Assembly: GCA_002709075.1 (NCBI GenBank)
Contig: PAPV01000005.1
Span: 89,989 to 153,988, forward strand
Length of the DNA: 64,000 nt
Direction of reading: 5' to 3'
Source: Rhodospirillaceae bacterium
Lineage (GTDB): Bacteria > Pseudomonadota > Alphaproteobacteria > MPNO01 > UBA2964
Shown here: in pieces, positions 29,188-40,157 of the stretch
Layout of the letters: each line of letters starts with the position of its first letter
Position numbering within the stretch: position 1 is the stretch's first letter
Translations under genes and position numbers: made by a program
The notes under the pieces: model-generated
What the model was told of the DNA's origin: nothing
What the model saw: the letters and a program-made list of their open reading frames with translations, nothing else
Database searches by the model: none

Positions 29188-30050
29188 TTTAAATCGGTCG
29201 AATGAATTTTTGCGTAATTTCTTGCTATCGCGCAATATTTTTCAATGGAGATTTGCTCGGCTCTCATTGTCGTATCAATCTCGGTGTCGTGTAGGATTAT
29301 TTCTGGACATTCTATCAATGTTTTAAGGGATGATTTCAGCATTTTGCGCCGCTGTCCAAATGTAGCTCGAGTTACTGCCTCAAGAGCTGAAAATTTTGCT
29401 GGAAATATTTTGGATGTACGTGGTTTTAGCGTTATTAAACTGGAAATCACTTTTGGTGCTGGCACAAATGCTGAAGCGGGCACATTGAATAGTTTTTGAG
29501 TATGGCATAGCCACTGCGAGAGGATACTTAGGCGGCCGTATGATTTATTTCCACTACGGGCAGTTATCCGTTCTGCTACTTCTTTTTGAAACATTAGGGT
29601 CATTGAATTTATTCTAGACAAATCACGCAACCAGTGAATTAATATTTTGGTGCCCGCGTTATATGGTAAATTGGAAACAATTTTGGCTGTTCTATTACTA
29701 CTGATAACTTCTTTCAAAAAAATCTGGGTGGCATCACCAATAATAACTTCTAAACGCCCATTTGATTTAATTGCGAGTTGTTGCAATGCATTGGAAAAAC
29801 GATGATCGCGCTCAATCACAATGACTTTCTCGGCAACTTCTAGCAGTCCGCGTGTAAGGCCACCTGGTCCAGGTCCAATTTCTATGACGGTCTCTCCAAC
29901 CAAATTTCCAGCATTTTTCACAATGCGACGTATTAGATTAATATCAAGCAAAAAATGTTGACCATAAGAATTGCGGGAAGACAGATTGTTTGAGCGTATT
30001 ACTTCGCGTAATGGAGGTAGAAAAGTGGAGTCAAAATAATTTCGGCTCAT
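29184..30050 (-). CDS. rsmA: 16S rRNA (adenine1518/1519-N6)-dimethyltransferase
   Basis: SAM motif VIEIGPGPGGLT and the NLPYN catalytic motif. Confidence 0.9.
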   Translation of the reverse strand: MSRNYFDSTFLPPLREVIRSNNLSSRNSYGQHFLLDINLIRRIVKNAGNLVGETVIEIGPGPGGLTRGLLEVAEKVIVIERDHRFSNALQQLAIKSNGRLEVIIGDATQIFLKEVISSNRTAKIVSNLPYNAGTKILIHWLRDLSRINSMTLMFQKEVAERITARSGNKSYGRLSILSQWLCHTQKLFNVPASAFVPAPKVISSLITLKPRTSKIFPAKFSALEAVTRATFGQRRKMLKSSLKTLIECPEIILHDTEIDTTMRAEQISIEKYCAIARNYAKIHSTDLN

Positions 30051-30054
30051 CCTT

Positions 30055-31068
30055 TTATTTTTTCTTCCTTAACTTTTTTTTTGCCATCTCCCCTGCAAGA
30101 TTTACAGCTGAAATAAAACTATTGGAATTAGCTCTTCCGGTACCAGCAAGATCAAGAGCGGTACCATGGTCTGGAGAGGTTCTGATAATGGACAAACCGA
30201 GCGTTATATTTACTCCTTCATCGAAGGCCAGTGTCTTTGCAGGTATCAGAGCCTGATCATGATACATACAAATTGCCGCGTCATATTTAATGCGAGCATC
30301 TTGGTGAAACATAGTATCGGCTGATAGAGGACCAGATACTGAGATTCCTTCACTGATGAGTCTTTCTACAGCAGGCCGTATAATATTTATTTCCTGTGTT
30401 CCCAGGTGTCCCCCTTCTCCAGCATGAGGATTTAGACCTGAAATAACTAAACGCGGATCTTTAATATCAAAATAGACGCGCAGAGCATCATGAATAGTGC
30501 GTGCGCAGTATAGAATCGACTCCACGTTGAGACATCCAAGTGCCTCTATTAAGGAAAGATGGGTTGTAACTGGTGTTACTCGGAGATATTTTGACACAAG
30601 CATCATGACCGAATTGCCATTACCTGCTTTTTCTGCCAAATATTCAGTATGGCCTGGGTATTCAAATCCCGTTGCATATAGTGTTTCTTTACTGATTGGG
30701 TTAGTGACCATTGCCGCAGCAGTGCCGGATTTGACAATTTTAATAGCTCTATCAATTGACTCAATAATTGCAGGACAATTAGTGGTATGAGGTTTCCCGG
30801 GTTCAGATTCAACAGTTTGTGTGAGTGGCAATACCGGTAAAGCGCGACGGAAGATATTTTTGCAGTCTGCAGCTGTTTCTATTTTTTCAATGGGGCACTC
30901 TATTCCCATAAATTTTGCTAGTTTGTAAAGCCTATCGGGGTTGTCTATTATGAAAAATGGTATTGAGTCACGGCTTCTTTTAGTCCACGCGTCTAAGGCT
31001 ATTTCTCCTCCTACCCCCGAAGGTTCCCCCATAGTGATTGCAATGATTAAATTGTTAAGCCCTTCCAT
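30055..31068 (-). CDS. pdxA: 4-hydroxythreonine-4-phosphate dehydrogenase
   Basis: PdxA family blocks (GEPSGVGGEI, GHTEYLA, HGTALD). Confidence 0.9.
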   Translation of the reverse strand: MEGLNNLIIAITMGEPSGVGGEIALDAWTKRSRDSIPFFIIDNPDRLYKLAKFMGIECPIEKIETAADCKNIFRRALPVLPLTQTVESEPGKPHTTNCPAIIESIDRAIKIVKSGTAAAMVTNPISKETLYATGFEYPGHTEYLAEKAGNGNSVMMLVSKYLRVTPVTTHLSLIEALGCLNVESILYCARTIHDALRVYFDIKDPRLVISGLNPHAGEGGHLGTQEINIIRPAVERLISEGISVSGPLSADTMFHQDARIKYDAAICMYHDQALIPAKTLAFDEGVNITLGLSIIRTSPDHGTALDLAGTGRANSNSFISAVNLAGEMAKKKLRKKK

Positions 31069-31070
31069 TG

Positions 31071-32423
31071 CTAGATCCGTATGTCTATAACAGCACTTGC
31101 CCGCAAATCCCGAATGTAACGTCGAGACAGCATGCCCAATCGTTCATTCAGAATTGTTCTTTTTATATCATCTCTATTAGGAGGTTTTACTTTTGGCACC
31201 CTCCGATCACAAATCATAAACAGGGCTACCTTATCACCAATTCGTATTGGTGGAGTTGATCTTCCAAGTTTTAGTTTCCTGACATGCTGACGCACAATGG
31301 GACTTAAATCCCGAATTTTTACAAGTCCCATCTTAGTATTTTCTCGGAAACCGGCTTCTCTTGCGGCTCGGTCAAAGTCAACGCAACCAGAAGTTGTTCT
31401 CTCGATTTGTTGCGCAAGTTGAAAAAAAACGGGCTTTTTGTTTTGTTTCCTGTTCGGAGACAAATTAAATAATATTCTCCTCAGATCTATTTTGGTATCT
31501 AATATTGAGCTGGTAAGAATACGTCGCACTTCATTTAATTTAAGAATGTAATAACCGTCAATTGTTCTTATGGGCTCCGCAATTTCGCCAGCTCGCATTT
31601 GTGGAACGATAGATTTAAAATGTTCCGGGAGAGTTTCTTTTTGAAACCATCCAATGTTACCACCTATTGAAGCACTTGAGGAATCCGAAAACTGTCTTGC
31701 CATAGCCGTAAATTTTGCACCCTTTTTTATATTTTTTCTTATCAAATATGCATTTCGTTTGCTGTTTCCTTCCACTTGGCTACCTCTTTCAGAAACCAGT
31801 ATTTCTGAGAGATTGAATTCTAGATTACCTTTTTGACGTTGGAGATTTGAGAGCTTTTCATCAACTTCATCGTCACTAATGGTTATTTTATGTCTAATAA
31901 CGCGGCGGAGCAGTTTTGACCAAATAATTTGTGCATTGATTTGCGTCACCATGGCATGCCAATTAATATTTTTTGCTAAAATAAAATTTTTAAAAGTACC
32001 GGGTCGCAAGCTATTATTTTTTTCAAGTTCAGAGATTGCACGTGAAAAATCTTTTTTGCTAATGGATATGTTTCTTTTTTTTGCTTCTTGTTTTTGAAGT
32101 TTTTCATCAATCAACACCTTTAATACACGTCGGCCAACTTGCTTTACCATCGATTTTGTTGGCTTAAATTTTGCTGAAGTGAATATAATTCGCATACGCT
32201 CATTCACATCATGAACTGTAATTATGTCGCTATTCACAACCGCAGCAATCCTCATGATTTCTTGAGCGTGGATATTATTTTTTGGTAAACCAAGTAATAT
32301 TACAGTCACTATTATAGAGCTGATAATTTTCGCAGCCAATGTGCCTTTATTCGGATTGATATTAAATCGAAGTAAAATATTTCTTCTGAGGTTTGACATT
32401 GTATTACAAATTGAAGGTGCCAA
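31071..32423 (-). CDS. surA: Periplasmic chaperone/PPIase SurA-like. Its start may be the internal Met at 32399, which would remove a 20-nt overlap with lptD
   Basis: Signal peptide, SurA N-terminal domain and one parvulin domain. Position in the lptD-surA-pdxA-rsmA block. Confidence 0.75.
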   Translation of the reverse strand: MAPSICNTMSNLRRNILLRFNINPNKGTLAAKIISSIIVTVILLGLPKNNIHAQEIMRIAAVVNSDIITVHDVNERMRIIFTSAKFKPTKSMVKQVGRRVLKVLIDEKLQKQEAKKRNISISKKDFSRAISELEKNNSLRPGTFKNFILAKNINWHAMVTQINAQIIWSKLLRRVIRHKITISDDEVDEKLSNLQRQKGNLEFNLSEILVSERGSQVEGNSKRNAYLIRKNIKKGAKFTAMARQFSDSSSASIGGNIGWFQKETLPEHFKSIVPQMRAGEIAEPIRTIDGYYILKLNEVRRILTSSILDTKIDLRRILFNLSPNRKQNKKPVFFQLAQQIERTTSGCVDFDRAAREAGFRENTKMGLVKIRDLSPIVRQHVRKLKLGRSTPPIRIGDKVALFMICDRRVPKVKPPNRDDIKRTILNERLGMLSRRYIRDLRASAVIDIRI

Positions 32424-34563
32424 GGTTTTTAAATGTAAGTTGGAATAAGACAGTGTCGGTGGGTTCTATCTCCCGATCCTGCACAAAAGAACGATTGTAA
32501 CTTACATCAAAATTGAAGCAATCACATATATATGTTAGACTAATTGACTGCGAAGAGGTGAATTTATTCGTCAAATCATGGGTCAGACTACTACGCAATT
32601 TCCATGACTCATTTATTCGAGAGGTTGTTCTAACTGAAATTTCCTCGCGATTAGGCAATGAAGCGCTACCTGAATTAACATCGATTAGATTATAATCCAA
32701 CTGAACATTGAGTGCTGGCGGCCCAGCGTTGATAAAGACCGAATTTCTCCGGAAAGCTAAAGTATCTTGATCTATTTGAAAACGATATATTATATCTAAT
32801 GGCAGTGATGGTCTAATCATAACCCGGCCTACATAATCGGATAGTTTACCATCAACACCAGACCCAGATGGAAACGTATCATCATTGTTTAGACGGTAAC
32901 TCTGTCCGAAAAATATAGAAGAGTATCCTGATGGTCTATACGTAGCACCGCTGAGACCAAAATAAAGACGTTGTCCACCTTCCACACGGTCTCTGCCAGA
33001 AAAAAGATTCCGACTTGTAAGATTGGTATCGTCGAATTCAAATGCTTGGCTATCCTCATCTGGTATTAGTGCGGGGTTACCGCCTCGTGGACTAACCATC
33101 ATGCCAGCTATGGGTTCGAGTTGTAGCGATGTGGTTCCCAAAATTTTTTCAAGAGGGTATCTCCATTCAAATCCCACGCGCGGATAAATGCGGCCTGCAA
33201 AGCCGCTTGAGGTGTCATCTGAGTTTTGGTTTTTTTTGGATACTTGGGACGCTTGATAAAGATCTGTCTGAAGCATTGCAAAAGCACCAATTAAATGCCC
33301 GGATGTAGAAATAGCTCTTTGGTTCCAAGCAGATCTGACTGAAATCCGCCGGCTATCAGTTCCGTTAGTTCGAGTAAGTGCTGTAAAATTCGCATCGATT
33401 TCTAAATTTCCACCTGAACGCGTCAGTGGACTTACGTAATTATACTGTAAGAATGGTGCCACTATCGGCATGTCCCCTTGTCTGTTATTAGGCCTCAAGT
33501 CTTGCCAAAGGTATGTATTTGCTGCGATGTAACTATCGTTATCAAACGCTTCTACAAAAAAATTATTTTCTAAGACAGTGTCATTGCTAAAACTATAGCG
33601 TTGAAGATAAGTATCATCAGAGCTCAATCGGATGTCCCCTCTTGCTCTTAAATTCTCCTTGGCATGATGTCTAAAGTGGCCGAAAAGATGCCCACGCGGT
33701 TTGTTTTTACCCTCAACTTGATTGCTTGCGCCAGCGGTTTTTGGCTTAATGTCTGTTACAGTTCCGCTAAAATCAAGATCAACAATACCAGACGCAAAAC
33801 GTTGCCGGTACTCGTTGTTGAGTATCTGTCCACCATTAGTTGTTGAAATTAGCTCAACTGTAATGTCTTTATCTGTACCAATCTCAACAAAATATGGTAT
33901 CCGAGCAAATGTGCCGAGTTTAGAATTGTTTCCACCTGAAATCGGTAATAGACCAGTCCTTCTTTTCACAGTTGGGTCTGGATGAGATAAATAGGGGGTG
34001 TATGCTACAGGAATGCCGAACATCTCCATAAACGCATCCTGATACTCAATAGTTTTATCTTCTCTATCATGAATAATTTTGTAGGCTTTAATTTGCCATA
34101 AGGGTACCCCTTTGATTCCCTCACATGATTGGCAAGGTGTATAAACGCCACGACGCAATTTTGTTATTTTTCCATTCGACATACGTCCACTAAAAGCTAC
34201 AGCTCTCGAATTATCAGCTAACAAAAGGCGGATATTATCTGCAATACCATTCTTGAAGTCACCAGTTATTTCAGCGTGGTCTGCAAAAACAACGTCTCCT
34301 TCGGGATTAAGAATAGCCACATCACCACTTGCACTCATTAAGTCATCTTTTTGATTATAAGTGACTGTTTGCGCAGTTAATATTCTTTTACCCTGTATCA
34401 ATTCGACATTACCTCGGGCAACGACTAAACTTAATTCCCTGTCATATTCAACTTCGTCAGCCTTCAGTAAAACTGGAATTTTATTTTCATTGACCTGTTT
34501 TGCCAACACTTTGAATGGAAATGTCCAAATTGTGAGAATTGTAACAAGCAAAACTATGCGCAT
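32404..34563 (-). CDS. lptD: LPS-assembly outer-membrane protein LptD
   Basis: 719 aa with a signal peptide, an OstA N-terminal domain and a large beta-barrel. Lies downstream of lptFG. Confidence 0.9.
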   Translation of the reverse strand: MRIVLLVTILTIWTFPFKVLAKQVNENKIPVLLKADEVEYDRELSLVVARGNVELIQGKRILTAQTVTYNQKDDLMSASGDVAILNPEGDVVFADHAEITGDFKNGIADNIRLLLADNSRAVAFSGRMSNGKITKLRRGVYTPCQSCEGIKGVPLWQIKAYKIIHDREDKTIEYQDAFMEMFGIPVAYTPYLSHPDPTVKRRTGLLPISGGNNSKLGTFARIPYFVEIGTDKDITVELISTTNGGQILNNEYRQRFASGIVDLDFSGTVTDIKPKTAGASNQVEGKNKPRGHLFGHFRHHAKENLRARGDIRLSSDDTYLQRYSFSNDTVLENNFFVEAFDNDSYIAANTYLWQDLRPNNRQGDMPIVAPFLQYNYVSPLTRSGGNLEIDANFTALTRTNGTDSRRISVRSAWNQRAISTSGHLIGAFAMLQTDLYQASQVSKKNQNSDDTSSGFAGRIYPRVGFEWRYPLEKILGTTSLQLEPIAGMMVSPRGGNPALIPDEDSQAFEFDDTNLTSRNLFSGRDRVEGGQRLYFGLSGATYRPSGYSSIFFGQSYRLNNDDTFPSGSGVDGKLSDYVGRVMIRPSLPLDIIYRFQIDQDTLAFRRNSVFINAGPPALNVQLDYNLIDVNSGSASLPNREEISVRTTSRINESWKLRSSLTHDLTNKFTSSQSISLTYICDCFNFDVSYNRSFVQDREIEPTDTVLFQLTFKNLGTFNL

Positions 34564-34569
34564 TCGGAT

Positions 34570-35664
34570 CTACCCGTCTTCCATATGAAAAAGCAGTCCC
34601 GTTCCTAAGAGTAAAGCTATTGTTGGCGGACTCCATGCAGCCAGTAAAGGCGGTAAATGAGATGATACTCCCAATGCGTATACTACATCAGAGCCAAAAT
34701 ATATTAAAAACCCGGTGCAGACACCCAGCGCTACCGCCACCAATGCACCACCACGACGTTGTTGACGTAAAGTAAATGCACCAGCAAACAGAGTCATTGA
34801 ACAAAGTAACAAAGGTGTGGCTAATAGGGAATAAAAATAAATACGATGCCGAAGTCCTGAAAATCCTGCTCTTTCCAAAACTTCTATGAAACCAGGTAAT
34901 TGCCAAATAGATATAGTTTCTGGCTTGGCAAAACTGTCTTGGATATTCTCTTGTGTTAGGTCTGTCGCTAGTTCGTATCTCGAAATATTACCAACTGGGG
35001 TTTGAGGCCCAGTAATTTTTACTTTTGAGAATATCCACCTGCCATCTTCAAGCCGAGCTGTTGAAGCATCCACTCGTTTGAAAAATCGGTTTGACCCGTC
35101 GAACTGAAAAACAATTGTATCTCTTAAAGTCATTGTATTTGATGAAATTCCGGCACCATGCAAAATATAATGACCGGTTTTCATTGATTGTTTAAACCAA
35201 ATCCCTCCTGGGGACAGAGCAGCCAAGCTTCGTTTCCCTTTTATATGCTGATTTTGAAGTTGTTCAAACCGAAGCATCATAGTAGAAGCAAAAGGTCCGT
35301 ACAGTGTAATTTGAATGACACCAATCATTAAAGCTATGATAACAGCCGGCAATAAAAATTCCCATGCTGAAACGCCTGCAGCACGAGCTACAACAAACTC
35401 TTGGTGTCTATTAAGTCTCCAAAATGCTGTCATGCCTCCAAATAGTATCGTGAAAGGTATAGCTTTCTCCATCAGCCCAGGAAGTTTAAAGAATACCATA
35501 GATAAAATCAGACCCAATGAGATATCAGCAGTGCTGGCTGTAATTCGGAGAAGTTCGATAGCATCAAATAATGAGACTAAAATAGCGATAAGCGCAAATG
35601 CGCTGAACCACCAGAATAAGAACTGCCTTCCGATATATTGAGCGAATGTTAAATGAAGATGCAT
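34570..35664 (-). CDS. lptG: LPS export permease LptG
   Basis: YjgP/YjgQ permease family, second of a pair upstream of lptD. Confidence 0.8.
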   Translation of the reverse strand: MHLHLTFAQYIGRQFLFWWFSAFALIAILVSLFDAIELLRITASTADISLGLILSMVFFKLPGLMEKAIPFTILFGGMTAFWRLNRHQEFVVARAAGVSAWEFLLPAVIIALMIGVIQITLYGPFASTMMLRFEQLQNQHIKGKRSLAALSPGGIWFKQSMKTGHYILHGAGISSNTMTLRDTIVFQFDGSNRFFKRVDASTARLEDGRWIFSKVKITGPQTPVGNISRYELATDLTQENIQDSFAKPETISIWQLPGFIEVLERAGFSGLRHRIYFYSLLATPLLLCSMTLFAGAFTLRQQRRGGALVAVALGVCTGFLIYFGSDVVYALGVSSHLPPLLAAWSPPTIALLLGTGLLFHMEDG

Positions 35665-35673
35665 AGAAAATTG

Positions 35674-36804
35674 TCAGCTTATTGTAGAATTTTGGGGAAG
35701 AGATTTGTCTTTGCTGCATAAGATTTGTGACATTGGACTTAGGGCAAAGATCGAAATTATAGTTGGAAGTAAGGGAACAATGTACATGCCAATGGATAGT
35801 GCTGGTGTTCTTTCACCAAGATTCTGTATACCAAGATGAGCTAATTGAATACATAATGTCAACGAAATTGCAGACAACACGCGCCAAAGTTGTCCCCTTC
35901 GATTAAAATCTCCACTTAGAAGCACGGCAAGAACTGAAAATGCTAAAGCAATTGGAATAAGTGGCATGGAAAGTCTAAAATGTCCTTCCATCCGAAGCTT
36001 ATGGTAATTCCAAAGATGTGATTGTTGTGATTCGGGAAAGAATAATTCGTGAAGATACCGTTCCTTTGGCTCACGCCACCTTACAGCACGTTGTTTGCCG
36101 ACAGAGTCCAGAGCAAAACGATATTTATCGAAGTATAAGAGAGATAATTGGCCCGTTTTTCGATTTACCTGCTGACGATTTCCTTTAATCATTATAGCTT
36201 TTGGACCTGTTTCCCCTGGCACAATAGCACCTTTTTCAGCCATTATAGTAACTGGTGTTTCAGGGGTCCTAGTGTCGTGGATTATAATTCCTCGTAGTTC
36301 CCCATTTTTTTGAAGTTTTCTAACATAGACAGTGATGCCTTTAGTCATTTGATTAAAAACACCTTCTTGAAGCATTATTGTAGGGAAAGTATTTCGAAGA
36401 TTGAACTGCAGATCTTTGAAGTCTCTAAATGACGCTGGTATCAGATAGATTGACATGCATATACATATGGACGACACTACACTTGCCAAAATTATTGATG
36501 GTTTGGCTAGTCCAAATTGACTAAACCCCCCTGCGCGCATTACCAGTAACTCGCTATCTGTAAGTAGTCGATTATAGACGAAAATAATGGCAGCAACCAA
36601 CGCTAAGGGGAGTATAAGACTTATGAAAGTGGGAAGTAGAAGGAATGTAAAATATACAAAAACCGGGATAGACAATCCTCGGTTTACAATCATTTCTATC
36701 AGTCTTACAGATTGCATCAACCAAACCACACCAGTAAGTGTGACGGTTATAAATAAAGTTGCCGTAATAAGTTGCCGAAAAAGATACCAATCGAGTTTCT
36801 TCAA
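35674..36804 (-). CDS. lptF: LPS export permease LptF
   Basis: YjgP/YjgQ permease family, first of the pair. Confidence 0.8.
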   Translation of the reverse strand: MKKLDWYLFRQLITATLFITVTLTGVVWLMQSVRLIEMIVNRGLSIPVFVYFTFLLLPTFISLILPLALVAAIIFVYNRLLTDSELLVMRAGGFSQFGLAKPSIILASVVSSICICMSIYLIPASFRDFKDLQFNLRNTFPTIMLQEGVFNQMTKGITVYVRKLQKNGELRGIIIHDTRTPETPVTIMAEKGAIVPGETGPKAIMIKGNRQQVNRKTGQLSLLYFDKYRFALDSVGKQRAVRWREPKERYLHELFFPESQQSHLWNYHKLRMEGHFRLSMPLIPIALAFSVLAVLLSGDFNRRGQLWRVLSAISLTLCIQLAHLGIQNLGERTPALSIGMYIVPLLPTIISIFALSPMSQILCSKDKSLPQNSTIS

Positions 36805-36877
36805 GATATTCTCGCCATTCCAAGGTTTTAGGAGTTTAAGTTAAATTCGCATAGCTGAGACAATATTCCTGTTCAAA

Positions 36878-37987
36878 TTACGACTTTGAACTGCGTCTCT
36901 CTGCCAACAAGTATGCGAGCCTTTTAATTTCAAGACGGCTACGTCCGAGACTATCTAGTAACACACCACAAATGAAGGAAGTGTATGCCAGAATGATTAT
37001 GCCGGTGGACAATATGGCAGTTGGAAATCTCCTAACCAGTCCTGTTTCAATAAATTCTACAAAAACAGGGTAACTGAGAAATATTGATATGAAAACAAGG
37101 AGTGTTGCAAGGGCAGAGAAAAATAAAAATGGTCGTGCATCTTTGAATAAAAGTAAAATTGTCCACAAGATACGGAGACCATCCTTCCATGTACTAAGTT
37201 TACTTGCTGATCCATCTGGACGAGCTGAGTACTTTGTTTTGACCTCCAAAATTGGTAGTTGGAGATAGAGTGAATGAAACGTCAATTCGGTCTCTATCTC
37301 GAAACCTTTGCTTAATGCAGGAAAACTTTTAACAAATTTTCTTGAAAAAACTCGATATCCAGATAGCATATCTTTTAATTGGCGGCCAAAAATTACTCCG
37401 GCGAACCATGTAAGGATCTTATTTCCGAATTGATGCCCAGTTCGGTATTGACCATCTTCTGATGAATGAGACCGTGCTCCAACAACCATATCAAGATCTC
37501 TATCGCACAATGTTTTTATCAAAATTGGAGCTATTGTGGCATCATAGGTGCCGTCTCCATCAGCCATAACGAAAATATCTGCCTCTACATCAGCAAACAT
37601 TCTCCGAACAACATTTCCTTTGCCCTGCATTGGTTCATAACGAACAGTTGCTCCCGCTTTTGCAGCAGCGCACCCGGTGCCGTCAGTCGAATTGTTATCG
37701 TACACGTATATTTTTGCATCTGGCAACGCAAATTTAAATTGGTTTATAACATCTACGATTGTTACAACCTCATTGTGACACGGAAGTATTACGGCTGTTT
37801 TTAGCTGCACTTTGTTAATCCTTTCCTCTTGAGGATATTTTTTTCTTAAATAAATAAGGAAACCTATTTGATAAATAAAAAAGCAATGCAATAGCTTTGG
37901 AGCATGAAATACTAATCGGTTCGAAAAACATTTTAGAGAAATAAATAAATTTTGAATGGAAAAATATTTTTGCTGTAGCGTTAACAT
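36878..37987 (-). CDS. GT2 polyprenyl-phosphate glycosyltransferase (GtrB/ArnC-like) with C-terminal TM helices. The N-terminus is probably over-extended
   Basis: VILPCHNE...YVYDNNSTDGT...DGDGTYD GT-A motifs (DxD-like) and two C-terminal hydrophobic helices. Confidence 0.7.
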   Translation of the reverse strand: MLTLQQKYFSIQNLFISLKCFSNRLVFHAPKLLHCFFIYQIGFLIYLRKKYPQEERINKVQLKTAVILPCHNEVVTIVDVINQFKFALPDAKIYVYDNNSTDGTGCAAAKAGATVRYEPMQGKGNVVRRMFADVEADIFVMADGDGTYDATIAPILIKTLCDRDLDMVVGARSHSSEDGQYRTGHQFGNKILTWFAGVIFGRQLKDMLSGYRVFSRKFVKSFPALSKGFEIETELTFHSLYLQLPILEVKTKYSARPDGSASKLSTWKDGLRILWTILLLFKDARPFLFFSALATLLVFISIFLSYPVFVEFIETGLVRRFPTAILSTGIIILAYTSFICGVLLDSLGRSRLEIKRLAYLLAERRSSKS

Positions 37988-38161
37988 TAGCCTACGAATT
38001 CCTCTTCGTATGTCAAAAATGCATCTTTAAATACACTCTTAGCATGGTTGAGCCTAATGACCCAATTCAATTAATTGTGAGGACTCTCTTTCAAATTTAT
38101 TGAAAAACGTTATTTTCCTAATAAATATTGCCACTTCTGATAACTGAAAGGATTCCTCATC

Positions 38162-39658
38162 ATGCGTATAAAATTTGTTTCCGCGCAATTAAAACAAAAA
38201 GGAACGATAGCGGTTTTTGTGTCAGCTAAGGGATCTCTTCTTTCAAGTGCCACGAAACTTAATGAGAAAACTCAGGGAGCTCTAAAACGTGCTACTTCGA
38301 ATGAGGGATTCTCCGGAGCCGCAGGCCAAGCTCTTGTAATAAATTCTCCCAATGGAGTTAATGCATCGAAAATTGTGCTTGTGGGCATTGGGGAGGGCAA
38401 GAAACTTACTATTTCCGCAGCACAAGCTGCTGGTGGAAAACTATGGTCGCTCATTGAGAAAAGTAATGACGCTGTTCTAATTGTAGACCCAGTTCAGGGC
38501 TCAGCTCTCTCCGTGGCGGAAATAGCTGCTAATATGGCCTACGGTGTACTTCTCAAAAGCTATCGGTTTGATAAATATCGTACAAAAGAAAAAAGAAAGG
38601 ATAAACCGACATTACGTACTTTGTCTGTTGGGGTGCGTGACCCAGCTAAGGCTAAGAAAGCTTTTGATCCCCTTCAAAAAATCTCAAACGGTGTGTTTTT
38701 TACACGTGATTTAGTTTCAGAGCCCGCAAACATTTTAAATCCGGAAAATTTTGTAACTAAATGCCGAGCTTTGAGTAAATTGGGTTTGAAAATGCAAGTG
38801 CTTACTGAAACCCAGATGAAAAAGTTGGGCATGGGGGCACTTCTTGGTGTTGCGCAAGGAAGCGCTAATTCCCCAAGAATCCTTGCTATGAAGTGGAATG
38901 GTGCTCCTCAGGCCAGGGAAAAACGCCCTATCGCTTTCATCGGGAAGGGAGTGACCTTTGATAGTGGGGGAATCTCTATAAAGCCTGCCGGTGGTATGGA
39001 GGATATGAAATGGGACATGGGTGGAGCCGGAGTGGTAGCAGGTTTGATGTATGCTTTGGCAGCACGAAAAGCAAAGGTAAATGCAGTTGGTATTGTTGGG
39101 TTAGTTGAAAATATGCCGTCTGGAACAGCGCAGCGTCCGGGTGATGTGGTCACAAGCATGTCTGGGCAAACCATAGAGGTAATAAACACGGATGCAGAGG
39201 GCAGACTCGTTTTGGCAGACGCTATGTGGTGGTGCCAGCAAAAATTTAACCCGCATACAATGATAGATCTAGCTACACTAACTGGCGCAATCATCATCGC
39301 CTTAGGCTATCATCACGCTGGGATGTTTTCCAATGACGATGATCTTTCTTTGAAATTGATCGACAGCGGCAAAAGCACTGGTGAGTTGCTTTGGAGAATG
39401 CCGCTTGCTGCTGAATACGATAAGCAGGTTAAATCACAAATTGCAGATATGAAAAATGTGGGCGGCCGTGATGCAGGAAGCATTACTGCAGCGCAAATCC
39501 TTCAGCGTTTTATTAGGGGTGATGTAAAGTGGGCGCATTTGGATATTGCAGGGGTAACCTGGACAAATGAGAACAAACCTATAGTTCCCAGGGGTGGTAC
39601 AGGGTTTGGGGTAAGGCTTTTGGATGATCTAGTTGCAAGATTTTATGAGAAAGGCTAG
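38162..39658 (+). CDS. pepA: Leucyl aminopeptidase (M17)
   Basis: NTDAEGRLVLADA and GKGVTFDSGG motifs. Confidence 0.95.
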   Translation: MRIKFVSAQLKQKGTIAVFVSAKGSLLSSATKLNEKTQGALKRATSNEGFSGAAGQALVINSPNGVNASKIVLVGIGEGKKLTISAAQAAGGKLWSLIEKSNDAVLIVDPVQGSALSVAEIAANMAYGVLLKSYRFDKYRTKEKRKDKPTLRTLSVGVRDPAKAKKAFDPLQKISNGVFFTRDLVSEPANILNPENFVTKCRALSKLGLKMQVLTETQMKKLGMGALLGVAQGSANSPRILAMKWNGAPQAREKRPIAFIGKGVTFDSGGISIKPAGGMEDMKWDMGGAGVVAGLMYALAARKAKVNAVGIVGLVENMPSGTAQRPGDVVTSMSGQTIEVINTDAEGRLVLADAMWWCQQKFNPHTMIDLATLTGAIIIALGYHHAGMFSNDDDLSLKLIDSGKSTGELLWRMPLAAEYDKQVKSQIADMKNVGGRDAGSITAAQILQRFIRGDVKWAHLDIAGVTWTNENKPIVPRGGTGFGVRLLDDLVARFYEKG

Positions 39659-39674
39659 GTGTGGTTGGGTCGAT

Positions 39675-40157
39675 ATGACTGAAATTGGATTTTATCACAT
39701 CACATGTTCAACAGTAGATTTGGTATTGCCGAAGTTACTTGAAAAGGTTCTGGCTTCAGGTAAAAGGGCATTACTTCGGGTGGGGTCTGAAATACGTGTG
39801 AAATCATTGAACACGATTTTATGGACTTATGAGCAGGACTCATTTTTGCCACATGGAACTTGTTTTGAGGGATATTCTGATAATCATCCAATATGGATTA
39901 CTCATTCTGTTGAAAATCCAAATAATTCTCAGGTTCTCATAGTATTGGATAATGCCTCTATTTCAGACTTTAATGACTTTGATAGATATATTGAGCTTTT
40001 TGACGGAAATGACGTGAGCGCTGTAAATTTTGCACGTGAGCGATGGAAGAATTATTTTGCCTCTGGTCATGCATTAACGTATTGGGAGCAATCACAAAAT
40101 GGTGGCTGGGTAAAAAGTAAAGAATACACGACGATAAAAACACAAACATCAAATTAA
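39675..40157 (+). CDS. holC: DNA polymerase III chi subunit. The track ORF starts at 39633; MTEIGFYH preferred
   Basis: ~160 aa. The FYH...L N-terminus is typical of HolC, and the gene follows pepA as in many proteobacteria. Confidence 0.75.
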   Translation: MTEIGFYHITCSTVDLVLPKLLEKVLASGKRALLRVGSEIRVKSLNTILWTYEQDSFLPHGTCFEGYSDNHPIWITHSVENPNNSQVLIVLDNASISDFNDFDRYIELFDGNDVSAVNFARERWKNYFASGHALTYWEQSQNGGWVKSKEYTTIKTQTSN

